The notes under the pieces: model-generated
What the model saw: the letters and a program-made list of their open reading frames with translations, nothing else
Database searches by the model: none
Told to the model about the DNA's origin: nothing
Made by a program: the position numbers and the translations under genes
Assembly (NCBI GenBank): GCA_965178125.1
Contig: OZ237776.1
Span: forward strand, 1-64,000
Direction: 5' to 3'
From: Bilabrum cf. latius
Taxonomy: Eukaryota
Length of the DNA stretch: 64,000 bases
In this document: piece after piece, positions 46,921-58,127 of the stretch
How positions within the stretch are numbered: the stretch's first letter is position 1
Layout: each line of letters starts with the position of its first letter

Positions 46921-49900
46921 TCACAACCAACCGTCCCCCCCATCGTCCTCCTCCTCCTCCAGCTCCTCCTGCCTCTGGGCCCTGGCCCTCGCCCGCGCCG
47001 CCTCGGCTGCTTCCGCCTCCGCGGCTGCCTCTGCCTCCGCATTCGACCCTCCCCCGTTCATGGCCCCTGCACCTCCATCGCCGGGGACATCCCCACCAGC
47101 CGGCCCCGCACCCGACTTGAGCGAGCCCTACTGCTCCTGCTGCTGGGCGCGCGCCGCAGCCGCCGCCGCCTGCTGCTCCTCCTGCTGCCTCCTGGCCGCC
47201 TGCTGCGCTGCCTCCCGCCCCTCGTGCGCCTCCAAGGCAGCATCCCAGTGGCCCGTAGCAACCCCGCCCGCACCAGACGGTGCGTCGATCCCCCCCGAGG
47301 AGGAGGAGGAGGCCCCCGTGCCGCCACCGCCGCCGCCCCCCAATAGGTCGGCACCGGCACCCGCGTCATCCTCTGCCTGCAAGTGTGACGAGTGCATGGA
47401 CTCGGCCTCCCGCAGCAGCCCCTCGTAGGAGGCGCCTCCTGCACCCCCCCCGCCGCCCTCCTCCCTCCTCTTCTTGCTGGGGGGAGGCTGGGAACCACCG
47501 CTGCCGCCGCCCAGGTGCGCCTGCTGCTGCTACTCGGCGGCGTGCGCCCTGGGGTCCCACTCGTCATCATCCTCCTCCCCCGCCCCGTCCGCGTCCTCCC
47601 CCTCCTCCGTCCAGCGGCGCCGCTTCTGCCCCCTGCCCGCCCTCGCGCCCACACCCGTCGCTGCGGGAGAGGAGGCAGCCCCTGCGGTGACACCGCCAGC
47701 TGCAGAGGAGGACAGGCCCGCCCTCCCGGCATCTGCCTGCTGCTGGGGCCCGTAGTAGGACCCGAGGCACTCGGCCACATACGCCTACAGCTGCCTCAGC
47801 GTGTGCGAGTCCAGCGCGTTCACGTCGAGCTCCACCTCCTCCTCCCCCTTGCCCGCCCCCACGGGCACGAATTCCTGGATGATCGCAAGCACCCGCGAGA
47901 GCTGCTCCGGTTGCAACCGGTGCACCCCGTCGGCGAGGCGCCGCTTCTCCTCCATGGTAAGCGGAACCGAACCACTGGCGTCTGTCGCGGCGCCGGCGCC
48001 AGGAGACGCGGGCACGAGGCTGTGTGACGAGTAGTCTTCCGTGCCGGCAGCCGCGTACGAGTGCAGCCTGCTTCCCCTCGAGGACCCCCCGCCCCCTCGA
48101 CCCCTGCCCCTGCCCCTGCCGCGCCCCCGCCGCCGCCCGCCCCCCCTCTTGGGGGCAGGTGCAGGGGCAGGTGCCTCCTGTTGGATGAACCCCCCCCCGC
48201 CCTTCATGCTTGCGATCTGGTGCTTCAGTTCCCTCAGTTCCTCCATGAGCGCCATCTGGGTGCGCAGGCTCTCGTGGTGCAGCATGAGCGCCTGCTGGGC
48301 GGCGGCGGAGCTGCCCATCCCGCCCATCTGCATCGCGTTGTCCAGGGTCAGCTCTGCCTGGGCCATGGCCTGCTGGGCCTTGGCACCCATCGCTCGGCCC
48401 CTGCCCCTGCCCCCGCCCGATCGCCCCCCCGCGCCCCCGCCCGAGGACTATCTCCTGGGCGCCCTGGGCTCGCTCCCCATGGCCGCTCTCCTCCTCGCCC
48501 GCCTCTCGATCTCCGCTGCTGCAGCCCTGGCCGCCACCTCCTCCTCCTCGGCAATCCCCGCAAAGTCGGCCCGGGCTCTATCCCAGGCCCGCTCGAACTT
48601 CTGGAGGGTCTGTCCCGCGAGCTTGTAGACCCAGTGCACCCTCCCGTTGTACCGCATGGCGTTGGCGAGCACCAGCCGCACGTCGTGCGCGAAGGCGCCG
48701 GGCCCCCAAAGCAGGTGCACCCGCGGCACGGCTGCTCCGCCCGACGATCCACGGGTGGAGTGCTTGCCCCCCTCCTCCTCACCGGAGGCCGATGCACCGG
48801 CCGCCCCCGAGCCCTCGCCCGCCCCCGGCAGTGGGTCGGGGATGGGAGTGACGGTCGTGGCAGCCGATCGGTCAGGCGCGGGGAGGGGGTAGGCCGGTTT
48901 GGGCGCTGCAGCGGGGGCAGGGGCAGGGGCAGGGGCAGGGGCGGACGACCCATCTGCAGGTGCCTGGGCCGGGGTCGCTGCGGGTGCGGCGCCCGCGGGC
49001 GGCGTGACGAGCGGTGGCGCGGGAGGCATGGGCGGCGTGGCGGCCCCTTGTTTTCTCATGCTCCTCGGCTCCCAGGGGCAGCGCCCGGGCAACGGCTGCC
49101 CGTCCGGTCCCTTGGGGATGGCCTCTGGTGCCTCGGGGGGCAGCTGGCTGGAGAGGACCTTGGGCACGCCCCCACCGGGCCTGGCCTCCCACGCGTGCTC
49201 GCACTCGGGGGCTTGTTCCCCGGCGGGGGCTCCTGCTTTCTTGAGCTGTGCCCTCGCCGCCGCTCTGTCTTGTTCCCTGAGGTGTCCCAGCGGACGGACG
49301 GAGGAGCCCCTGTGGCCCGGCTCGTGGAGCAGCTCACTCCGAGCCTGCGCCACATTGCCCACCCCCCGTGAGGAGCCCCCCCCGCCCCTCGACCAGGCGC
49401 GATGGGCAGCGGCCAGCGCATCGTCAGCCCGTCTCAGTGCATCCTCCTGGTCTGCCGAGATCCAGGCGGTGCCCGAGTCGCCCGCCGCCCCCGCCGATGA
49501 TGATGCTGCAGCTGCAGAGGACGAAGAAGAGGAGGAGGAGGAGGAGGCAGAGGATGTCTCGCCCGTGTCGTCCTCCCCGCCGCTGGCAGGGGGCCGCACC
49601 GCCGGCCCCGCCACCTCCCCCTGATCCGCCTCGATCGCATCTGCGTCCTCCCCCGTCCCCGTGACCTCCTCGGGCAGCCACCGCGAGTACACCCCCGACT
49701 GCAGACGGGCCGTGACCCGGGACAGGTCCAGGGGGTGCCTGACCACGTTCCAGTACTGGGGGCACTCGAACCTGGCCGGGTCCACGGCCTCTCCGAACGT
49801 CCCAGCCACGCCGTTCACCTGCCCCAGCTCGTGCAGCACCTGCAGGCACCTCCGCAGGCACCGTGCCTCTGTCCTGGCCCGGGCACCGACCCCCTTCTTC

Positions 49901-51060
49901 ACCATAGCCGCTGCACCGTCGGGGAGAGACACCGCGGGGGAGGCGGACCCAGCCTCCTCGTCCTCGTCTTCGTCCTCGTCCTCGTCGTGCATGGCCATGG
50001 ACACCCGGCCCGCGGCCCGGCCAGACGCCGTCCTGCGGGCGCCCCCTCCCCTGCCGCTCGCCGCCCCCACGGCCTGCAGCGTGGACGCAAGCACGAACTT
50101 CGCCGCGGTTCCGCTGGAGGGAAGACCCGCGGCACCCCTCGCGGGTTTGGCCAGGTACCGCCTCGCCGTCTGCAGCACCTTGGCGGGGCCCGCGGACCCC
50201 GCCGTGGCCGAGGGAGGAGCCACGTCGCCCCCAGTGTGGGGGGCACCTCCCGCGGAGGAGGAGGAGGCTCCGCTGCCAGAGGCGGCCCGCCCGGAGGACT
50301 GCCTCCTCGATCGCGCGGCGCCGGTTCCGCTTCCCCCGGAACTTGCGCGGCGCCCCTTGTTGCCCCCGCCGCGGGGTCGTGCCGCCGCGGCCGCCGCTTT
50401 GGGGGGCACCCTGAACGCCTTGTGCAGCCACAGGCAACCGGTCACCTGCCCCTGGGCGGGGGCGGGCTGGGCATCGGTGGGCGCTCCCTCTGGACCGCCT
50501 GCCCCCACACCGGGGGCGGGAGCGAGGGCACCCCCCACCACGAACCGGCCGAAGAGGTTCTGGCCCCAGCCCGAGACGGCGAGGAGCCCGCCGGCCCCTG
50601 ATTCGCCGGTTCCAGCGAACGTTCCTGCGCTCACCCCCTCTCCCCTGGCCAGTGGCCCGGGCGCCCTTGCGGCCGGGGGCAGCGCCTCACCCAGCGAGGC
50701 CGGCATGCGGTTGGCAACGACGAGCCCCTTCCCGCTCTCGTCTCCCGCGGCCGCTTCGGCTTCCCCCGCCTGTGCCGCGGCCTGCTCCGGCAGCACCGCT
50801 CCGCCGTCCTGTCCAATGAATAATGTGGATGGTCCTTCGCTATATTTGACCGGCTGCCCCTTGTTTTGGTAATGGAACCAGCCGCTGAGCGAACACTTTC
50901 CGGCGGGCAGACGAGCCCCGTTGGCGGGGCCGGTCAGGCTGTACTGGAATTCCGACGTGATGGCGTGACCGGGGGAAATGGCCCAACGTCCTTGCCAAGT
51001 CCAGCTGTGCTATCCTGGATTATCGGCGGAAGCTTCCCCAGCATACGAGAGCTCGCCCAT
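46921..51060 (-). CDS. BET/GTE-type bromodomain plus extra-terminal (ET) domain protein (~1,379 aa)
   Basis: One frame from ATG 51060 to TGA 46921 with TAGs at 51010, 48448, 47785, 47530 and 47128. Bromodomain halves FGEAVDP..CPQYWNVVRHPLDLSRV..RL and FAHDVRLVLANAMRYN..VYKLA..L..FE. ET domain LTMEEKRRL..L..EQLSRVLAII..EVELDVNALDSHTLRQLxAYV. Confidence 0.85.
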
Positions 51061-51695
51061 GAGCAGAGCGGCCGGGGGACCGCCACCGCTCGACATGTCG
51101 CTGCGAACAGGGTATCAGGATTCAAATCATACAAGAACATGACATTTGAATATATAGTATACTTGTGGCCATCTTCAATCAGCCACACAGCGAGATGCAA
51201 GCGCGAATCGTGGCGACCGTTTGGCCCTGACAAGCCCAAACCTCCCTGCTCGCCTGGCCCGGGCCATTGTAGAGTCCACGAGGCGGTAAGGGGCAGGTAC
51301 ATCGGTGCAAATGCATCCTATTGACGCTCAACATAGCACTGGAGCGTTCTGCTGCGGTTCAAAATCCATACGAGCACTTGCTCATGCGCAACCAAACCGA
51401 AAGTACGGAGCCGATGACAAGCTTGCGCTCGGCGGCGCCCGCATTTCAACCTGGAATATCTCAATAATGGTCGCGCAGAATTCAACAAATCCAAGACATA
51501 AAATCTCACAATTCTGTCAATATTTATGTGAAGGGGTCCAGATTAGGCTCAGGCCCTGGGGAACCTTCACTCTGGTCGAGTTTGTGGCTGGCGGCTGGCC
51601 GACAGCAACGTCTGGATTTCAAAGTTAAGTGCACGCTACCGGAATTCACAAATGATGCAGCCCCTCAACTGCAACAGGGGCGATTTCATCCAAGT

Positions 51696-51860
51696 ATGCC
51701 GGAAGATTCCACCTTTGTACTTCGACCGAAGGCAGTATCATCCAAGCAGATTACATCGTCGGCGGCGCTCGCAAGTTTTGCGGGGTCTGTCGCACTGTTT
51801 GCTGGTGGCATCCTTGCTTTGCGAGTAATTTCGACCTACACAAAGAAGCCTCAGTCATGA
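51696..51860 (+). CDS. Possible small single-pass membrane protein (54 aa, or last exon of a longer gene)
   Basis: MPEDSTF...ALASFAGSVALFAGGILALRVISTYTKKPQS then TGA. The only support is a hydrophobic helix followed by a basic tail. Confidence 0.25.
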   Translation: MPEDSTFVLRPKAVSSKQITSSAALASFAGSVALFAGGILALRVISTYTKKPQS

Positions 51861-52393
51861 ATGCCCAATAAATATCGCTATATATAATACTTGTCTGTAC
51901 GCACAGGACTGTCGGTGCTTGCAGACTACAGGTGCCATGCAGACAAGAGAAGACGTCTGGAGCCTGTGAAGTGGAGGGAAGTCTGGTGAATGCTAAGCCA
52001 AATAACGGCAATGGCCAAGGAATGAGAGAATCAGGAGTCGCCCATTACGATTTGGCGCGCTGTCAGCGGGAGGGAAGAAGCTGGGTATTCACCTGCACGT
52101 TCGTTCGATGGGCCCACGAGCGCAGGGCTTTAAGAGTTGTGAAATGGATTTGAACAGGATATAGACCGTCTGGTAGATGTTTGCATGTGCTTCCATTGCA
52201 GCGAGATTCTATCATGCACAACGCAAGAGGTGTAGATGTCACGCCGACCAGCCGCCGTCACGCACATCCACCTACTCCTAATCTCGGCCTGCAAATCGCC
52301 CGATTCTCTGGCACTCGTCAGCACGCATTAGCCGCGCGCCTCTTAGCACCCATACCATGGATCTAGTCGCCCGATTCAACACGCTCGTTCCGC

Positions 52394-53503
52394 TCACTGC
52401 CCCTCGGCCTCGAGCATGGCAAGAGCCTCCTGCATCTTGGCCTTCTGGGGAAGCGGCCCGTGCGCGGCGATGTACCTCACATGGGTACCGTCGTACTGCA
52501 GGCGGGCGCCGCCCTCGAGCCATTTGGCCTCCTCCTCATTGGCGGCGGCGCGGCGGCCGGTCATGACCTCGAACTGGTCGCGGTTGTAGGGGGTGAAGCC
52601 CCACTTCCTGGAGAGCACGATCTTCTGGCGACCGGGGAACTTGAACTTGGCGCGCCTGAGGGCCTCCACGGCGGTGGACTGGTGGGGGTCGCGCACGCGC
52701 ACGGACATGAGGATCTGACCGATGCTCACGCGGGCCACCTTGCCGTCGGGCTTTCCGTAGGCGCCACGCATACCGGTCTGGAGACGATCGGCACCGGCGC
52801 AGGAAAGCATCTTGTTGATACGCAGCACGTGGTAAGGGTGCGCCCTGATGCGCATGTGGAACCCCTCACGGCCGGCGAACTTGACAAGGCACTTGTTGGC
52901 GGCGATGCGCGCCGCCTCGAGGGCCTCACTCGAGATCTGCTCGCGCTCATCGGACACAAGGTGCACAACGCAAGGGAACTCAAACACGCTAGTCTTCCTG
53001 GAACCAACGTCATAGATGCGGATCTTGGCATCGGGCACACCACGGCAGAACCTAGACTTGATGAAAGGCTTGTTCTTGCAATAGCGGTAGCAGCGCGCCG
53101 GGCCTGCGAACGGGGGTTTTGACGACTAGACCATAAAATTACCAGATACTAGCATCAAGGTTACGACAGAGATGTGCAGCCTACACACCAGACCTTTGAC
53201 ATGATCGAGCAGCAAGTGATGCACTTCGGGACGTGGACGGGAACCAAACCAGTTCCCACCACACTGTAAATCCCAGCCATCCAGTCGGTATTGATACTTG
53301 CACTTATACAAAAGCAAAAAAAAGCAGCCATTATCAAGCAGCCCTCAGTTCCAAGTCTGAGAGGGTATCCGAACCAGCCACGGGACCTTATTGGTGCCGT
53401 CACCAACTCTTTCACCGTAATCAAAGCGGTCCTACGGCATCAAACAAAATTTAACACCATTTCGTAACAGAATAAGGCATATGGTAAACTCACGGCGTCC
53501 CAT
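52394..53503 (-). CDS. RPL10: 60S ribosomal protein L10 (uL16)
   Basis: Exon 1 53503-53494 (ATGGGACGCC), intron 53493-53104, exon 2 53103-52394. Gives [28 protein letters not shown]...[27 protein letters not shown] stop. Confidence 0.98.
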
Positions 53504-53871
53504 GGCGACGATAAAGGTTGATTATGATTCGATTTCGATCGCATGGTGATCGGATCGAATGTGCAGTAGCGTGTAGATAGCACCCCACCACCAGTTCGCT
53601 ACGACCACTCAAGTCGCCAGTAGGGCAGAAGTTAGAGTGAGGCAGCACCCGCAGTCATGGTTTTGGACTAATATTCGTATTGAAGTCATATGTTGTCGTG
53701 ATACAGCGCAATAATAGGTTATATGGCTATGAACCGTGCCCTCGATTTTGATCACCGTGTTGCAGCCGTGTCCAAGTGCACTCAATATGCGCGATCCTTG
53801 CTGAAAGATCAGATTTGTTGTAAATATCTATCTTCAATACATATGTTGCCCATTCTCTTGCGAACGCAGAT
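53504..53871. promoter_or_regulatory. Likely bidirectional promoter region between RPL10 and RPL15
   Basis: Divergent start codons 368 bp apart in lower-GC sequence. A pyrimidine tract plus CAG just before the RPL15 ATG suggests a 5'-UTR intron. Confidence 0.55.
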
Positions 53872-54495
53872 ATGGGTGCTTACAAGTACGTGAACGAGGT
53901 GTGGAGGAAGAAGCAGACCACGGTCATGCGCTACTTGCTGCGCCTGCGCGCATGGGAGTACCGCCAGATGCCCAAGATCGTGCGTCTGAACCGCCCCTCC
54001 CGCCCTGACAAGGCCCGCACGCTCGGATACAAGGCCAAGCAGTGCTACAGCGTGTTCCGTGTGGCTGTGCGCCGCGGTGGGCGCAAGCGCCAGAACAAGA
54101 AGGGAATCGTTTACGGAAAGCCCAAGCACCACGGCATCAACCAGCTCAAGTTCGTGCGCTCGCTTCGCAGCGTCGCCGAGGAGCGCATCGGCCGGCGCGC
54201 CACCAACCTGCGCGTGCTGAACAGCTACTGGGTGAACTCGGACTCCACCTACAAGTACTTCGAGGTGATCATGGCCGATCCCCAGCACCCCGCCCTGCGC
54301 AACGACCCCCGCCGCAACTGGCTGGCAGCGCCCGTGCAGAAGCACCGCGAGCTCCGCGGCCTGACCGGCGCCGGCAAGACGAGCCGAGGCCTGCGCAAGC
54401 GCATCAGCAGCCACAACTCCAACAAGGTGCGTGGCGGCTCTTGGCGCAAGAACTGGCTGCGCCGCAACACCCTGAGCCTGCGCCGCTACAGGTAA
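53872..54495 (+). CDS. RPL15: 60S ribosomal protein L15 (eL15)
   Basis: MGAYKY..E.WRKKQ...[14 protein letters not shown]...LRVLNSYWV...KHRELRGLT...TLSLRRYR. The conserved C-terminus is followed directly by TAA. Confidence 0.99.
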   Translation: MGAYKYVNEVWRKKQTTVMRYLLRLRAWEYRQMPKIVRLNRPSRPDKARTLGYKAKQCYSVFRVAVRRGGRKRQNKKGIVYGKPKHHGINQLKFVRSLRSVAEERIGRRATNLRVLNSYWVNSDSTYKYFEVIMADPQHPALRNDPRRNWLAAPVQKHRELRGLTGAGKTSRGLRKRISSHNSNKVRGGSWRKNWLRRNTLSLRRYR

Positions 54496-55002
54496 GTGGC
54501 TTGAGTTGTGGTGGATGGTTGGGTGTGGTGGAGAATCGTGGCGGGTGAATTGCTCGCAGCTTGGAGGCTGGCCCGTGATGGGCGAGAGCCTGTGCAGTGA
54601 GGGATTTACCATTGGGGAACTGGGGAGGGGGTGCCGACAGCTTGTGCTTTTATCGGCTGCAACTGCAAAGAAAACGAACGCTCCTTTCCTTACCTTTGTG
54701 TAATCGACCCAAAGCTATCTACGCGACCATTGTGTTGCGTGCGGTTTGCCAAATCGAATTATTCGCTGAAATTGGCAAGCGTGCAAACCACCGTATAGCA
54801 TCTCGGCAAGGAGGGGCCAGCTCAGTGAGTGCAAATGTATTGCGTATTGCTGCATGTATCGCCCCAAGGTTGCCACCACAGCAACTAGCCTCTGAGGGGC
54901 GTCGGACCACCACCAGCTGCCACGGGTTCCGGGAAAACTACTTCATCGTGCTCAATTTCTTGGTATAGTGCAATTCCCTGGCGCAGATACAGTGTTACCA
55001 AT

Positions 55003-57679
55003 ATGGGTGGTGCTAAATCTGGGAAACGAGGCAAACAGGGCAAAGCTAAAGGCTCCAAGGCCCCCACCGATCCGAAGCCCAAAGAGAGCCCAGAGGAGGC
55101 CCCTACCGGCCGAGCGGCGCGTAGGCGATACCTGACCACCCCGCATAGTGCAGCACTACTTCGTCGCACGCGTAGGGATGATGAATCTATGGAATATCCC
55201 CAGGGTCCGTGCGCCTAGGATCCCTGGTTCATCTGGTGGGACGGGTGCGGAGTCTCCTGCTTCCTATTTGTAAGTATTTCGCAATCATTGGCATGCACCA
55301 GTGGATTTATACAATTACTTGTTTGTGGCTGCCCGATGATAACTGCGGTCCGCGGGATTCTTCCCCCTTGGTCGGCCAGTCGCTCACTGGCACGTTGCGT
55401 GATCTCGCTGGCCTAGCCTACTCTACCGAGGCGAATCCGAGACCAAGTGGCCCTATCAGACAAGCCATGTTAATAAAGCGTTGTGTGCGTGCGTCACGCA
55501 AGCTATCTGCTGTCAATTCAGCTGCGGAGCTACCCACTTTGCAGCACCCCCACCCATCCATCTCTACCGAGCATTCGCAGGGACAGGGAGTCGTCTGGTA
55601 CGCCAACGCGCTGACCACCTTCGTGGTACTACCGTTGTTGTTCGGGCCCAGAAACGCAGACGGCAGCGGCGGGGAGGTACCGCTCCCCATCGTGGGCATG
55701 GGCCCCTGGCAGCTCTTCCACACGGTCGTGTTCGAGTGCATCATCGCGCTCGTGGTGGGCGCTCATTTCATGGCAGCCACCACCCGCCCGGGGCACACGC
55801 GGAAGGGTAGCGCTCAGCAGGGCGATGCCATGTCACTGTACGCGTGGATGCTCCCCCGGGAAATGGACCATGGATGCAGGGCACTCAAGCCGAGTAGGCA
55901 CCACCACTGCCGGATCTGCGACCACTGCGTGAGGAACAGAGGGAGGGCATGCCCTTTCTATCCCCCGAACTCATCTTCACCTGAGACCCATCGCACTGGT
56001 CACACGCACTGCGCCCACCACTCGTTATTCGTCACACCCGCCCGCAGGTGTCCAAGATGGACCACCACTGCCCCTGGATCAACAACTGCCTGGGGCAGAA
56101 CAACCACAAGTTCTTCCTGCAGTTCTGCTTTTACGTGCTTGTAGGGTGCACTTACGCGGGCATCCTGGCCCTGTGCCTGGCCTGGAGGTGCGTGGCTGCG
56201 GGCGCAATGGCGGGGCTGAGCGGGCCGTCGGGCAGGGGCCGGGCCAGGTTCTCCTCCCGCAGTCTGCCCAAGGTGACTGACCCGAGCTGTGCGGACCTGA
56301 GCCCAGTGCTGGTGATCATGCTGGTGGTAAGCGTGGTGCTGGAGCTCTTCTTTGCCATCTTCGTCACAGCGATGCTATGCGACCAGAGCGATGCGCTTGC
56401 CACCGACACCACTGGGATCGAGTCCATGAAGCGCTGGCCCATGAGGCAGCAGGCCACCCCGCCCGGCCGACACACGCCCCCGCACGCCCGCCCCGGCCTG
56501 TGGGCAGGCCTCCACAGGGCACTGGGCTCGGAATTCGGAATCAAATGGTTCCTGCCGGTGACCATAGACCCGCAGTTCGCGTACCAGTGGAGGCATGGGG
56601 AGGGTGACGCTGCGGTGAGAGACGAGGAGATAGAGGAGGGCGAGGACGGGACCAGGCCAGAGCCTGTGGGTCGTGACCCGCTCGCTGACGTCACTGGGGT
56701 AGACGAGGGCTGCATTCTCGACGTGATTGACTCCCGGGAGCCCAGGTACCGGAACCACTGCGACGATTTGGAGCGCCAGGTGGAGAACTGGGCGAGGGAG
56801 TGCGAGGCCAAGGAGGCTGCGCTCAGGGCGGCCATGGGCAGGGCGGCGGGGGACGTGCTCACCACGCGGGAGTTTGACCCGAGCCACGAGTCGTTCGAAT
56901 GGGAGTACGAGCGGAGGGTGGTCAAAGAGGTGCTGGAGCCGCTGCCCGAGACTGTGGCCCCAGCCGAGATGCGGCGGGCCTTCTTCGAGATGGGCCGGAC
57001 CGTGACCGAGACGGATCTGGATGACGAGTGCGCGGCTAAGCTGCGGGAGGCCCGCGCCAAGTTCGAGGACAAGTGGGAGCGGTGCCCCGACCTGCTCAAG
57101 GGGTCCATCACGGAAGTGCTGCCATCCGCCGTGCAGCCCAAGAAGGACGAGGACGAGTAGGACGGAAAGAAGAAGAAGAAGAAGAACAAGAAGGGCGAGG
57201 ACGAGGCGCCCAAGCCGACGAGGAGGACGAGGAGGAGATATGCAGACTGGGAGGAGCTGCCCGGCGTGTACGTGCTGGAGGCCACGGACGGGCAGCCGAT
57301 CAAGGAGGGGGAGGAGCTGCACGACGAGGATGAGAAAGACGAGGAGGGCAGGCGCAGGCCGAGGGTTTGGGTCATCGACCCGGAGGCTCTGCCCTACGGT
57401 CGCAACCCGAGGACTGGGAGCCTGTCGCCCTGGCTGGGGTGGGTGCGGGTGCGGCGGGCCGTCTTCATCCCCGACGGCGAGGTGCAGTCCATTGCGGGGG
57501 GGACGCAGCTGCAGGCGTGTCAGCTGTGGAGGGAGCTCCGCCGCGTGTTCGGCAAGTACAACTCGTTGGACGCCAAGATGAGGGACGTGCAGCAGGACCC
57601 GGCCGCAGCTGCGAGGCTCCGGAGGGCCCAGGCGCAGATGGAGCCGCAGCAGGGGACAGGCCAGGGTGAGAGAGTCTGA
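55003..57679 (+). CDS. DHHC-type palmitoyltransferase
   Basis: Exons 55003-55269, 55581-55928 and 56048-57679. Contains WFIWWDGCG, TM helices and [41 protein letters not shown]. In-frame TAG at 55216 and 57158; TGA stop. Confidence 0.9.
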
Positions 57680-58127
57680 CCGTGCGGTGAGTGAGAACCA
57701 ACTTGATGAGGACCTGCGCATGATGGATGAGCTTTTCACCACTTTCACACACTACGATTGTTTTCTGTCCGAGGATCCTACAAATAACAGAGAGGCTTAA
57801 CCTGAACCGCAAAAGTTGATCTTGAAGCGCATTCATAACAAATCCACGCCCAGAACCAGCTAATTGCGGCCGTTCTGCTGCTCGCGCCTGGTCACAAAGT
57901 CACACCACCGGGAACTCAGCGCATGTGGCGTGCCACTCGGCCCAGCTCCTGGTGTGACCCACGCGCCCAGTCGCATCAAACGAGCGGCGGCACGCCCGAG
58001 GGAAGCGATCAGTAGTCCCATCGACCTCGACCTCCCATTCCATCGGCGCCCACCGCCTTTCCACCCTCTCTCACGTACTACCCATCGTAGCGTTGCATTG
58101 GATCCATTAAACATCCGATTGCGCCGC

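Noticed and set aside
7039-57679. Reading the TAG-interrupted genes as pseudogenes with nonsense mutations
   Set aside because: The interruptions are exclusively TAG, frames are preserved over many kb, catalytic motifs are intact, and TAG aligns with CAG in paralogous repeats.
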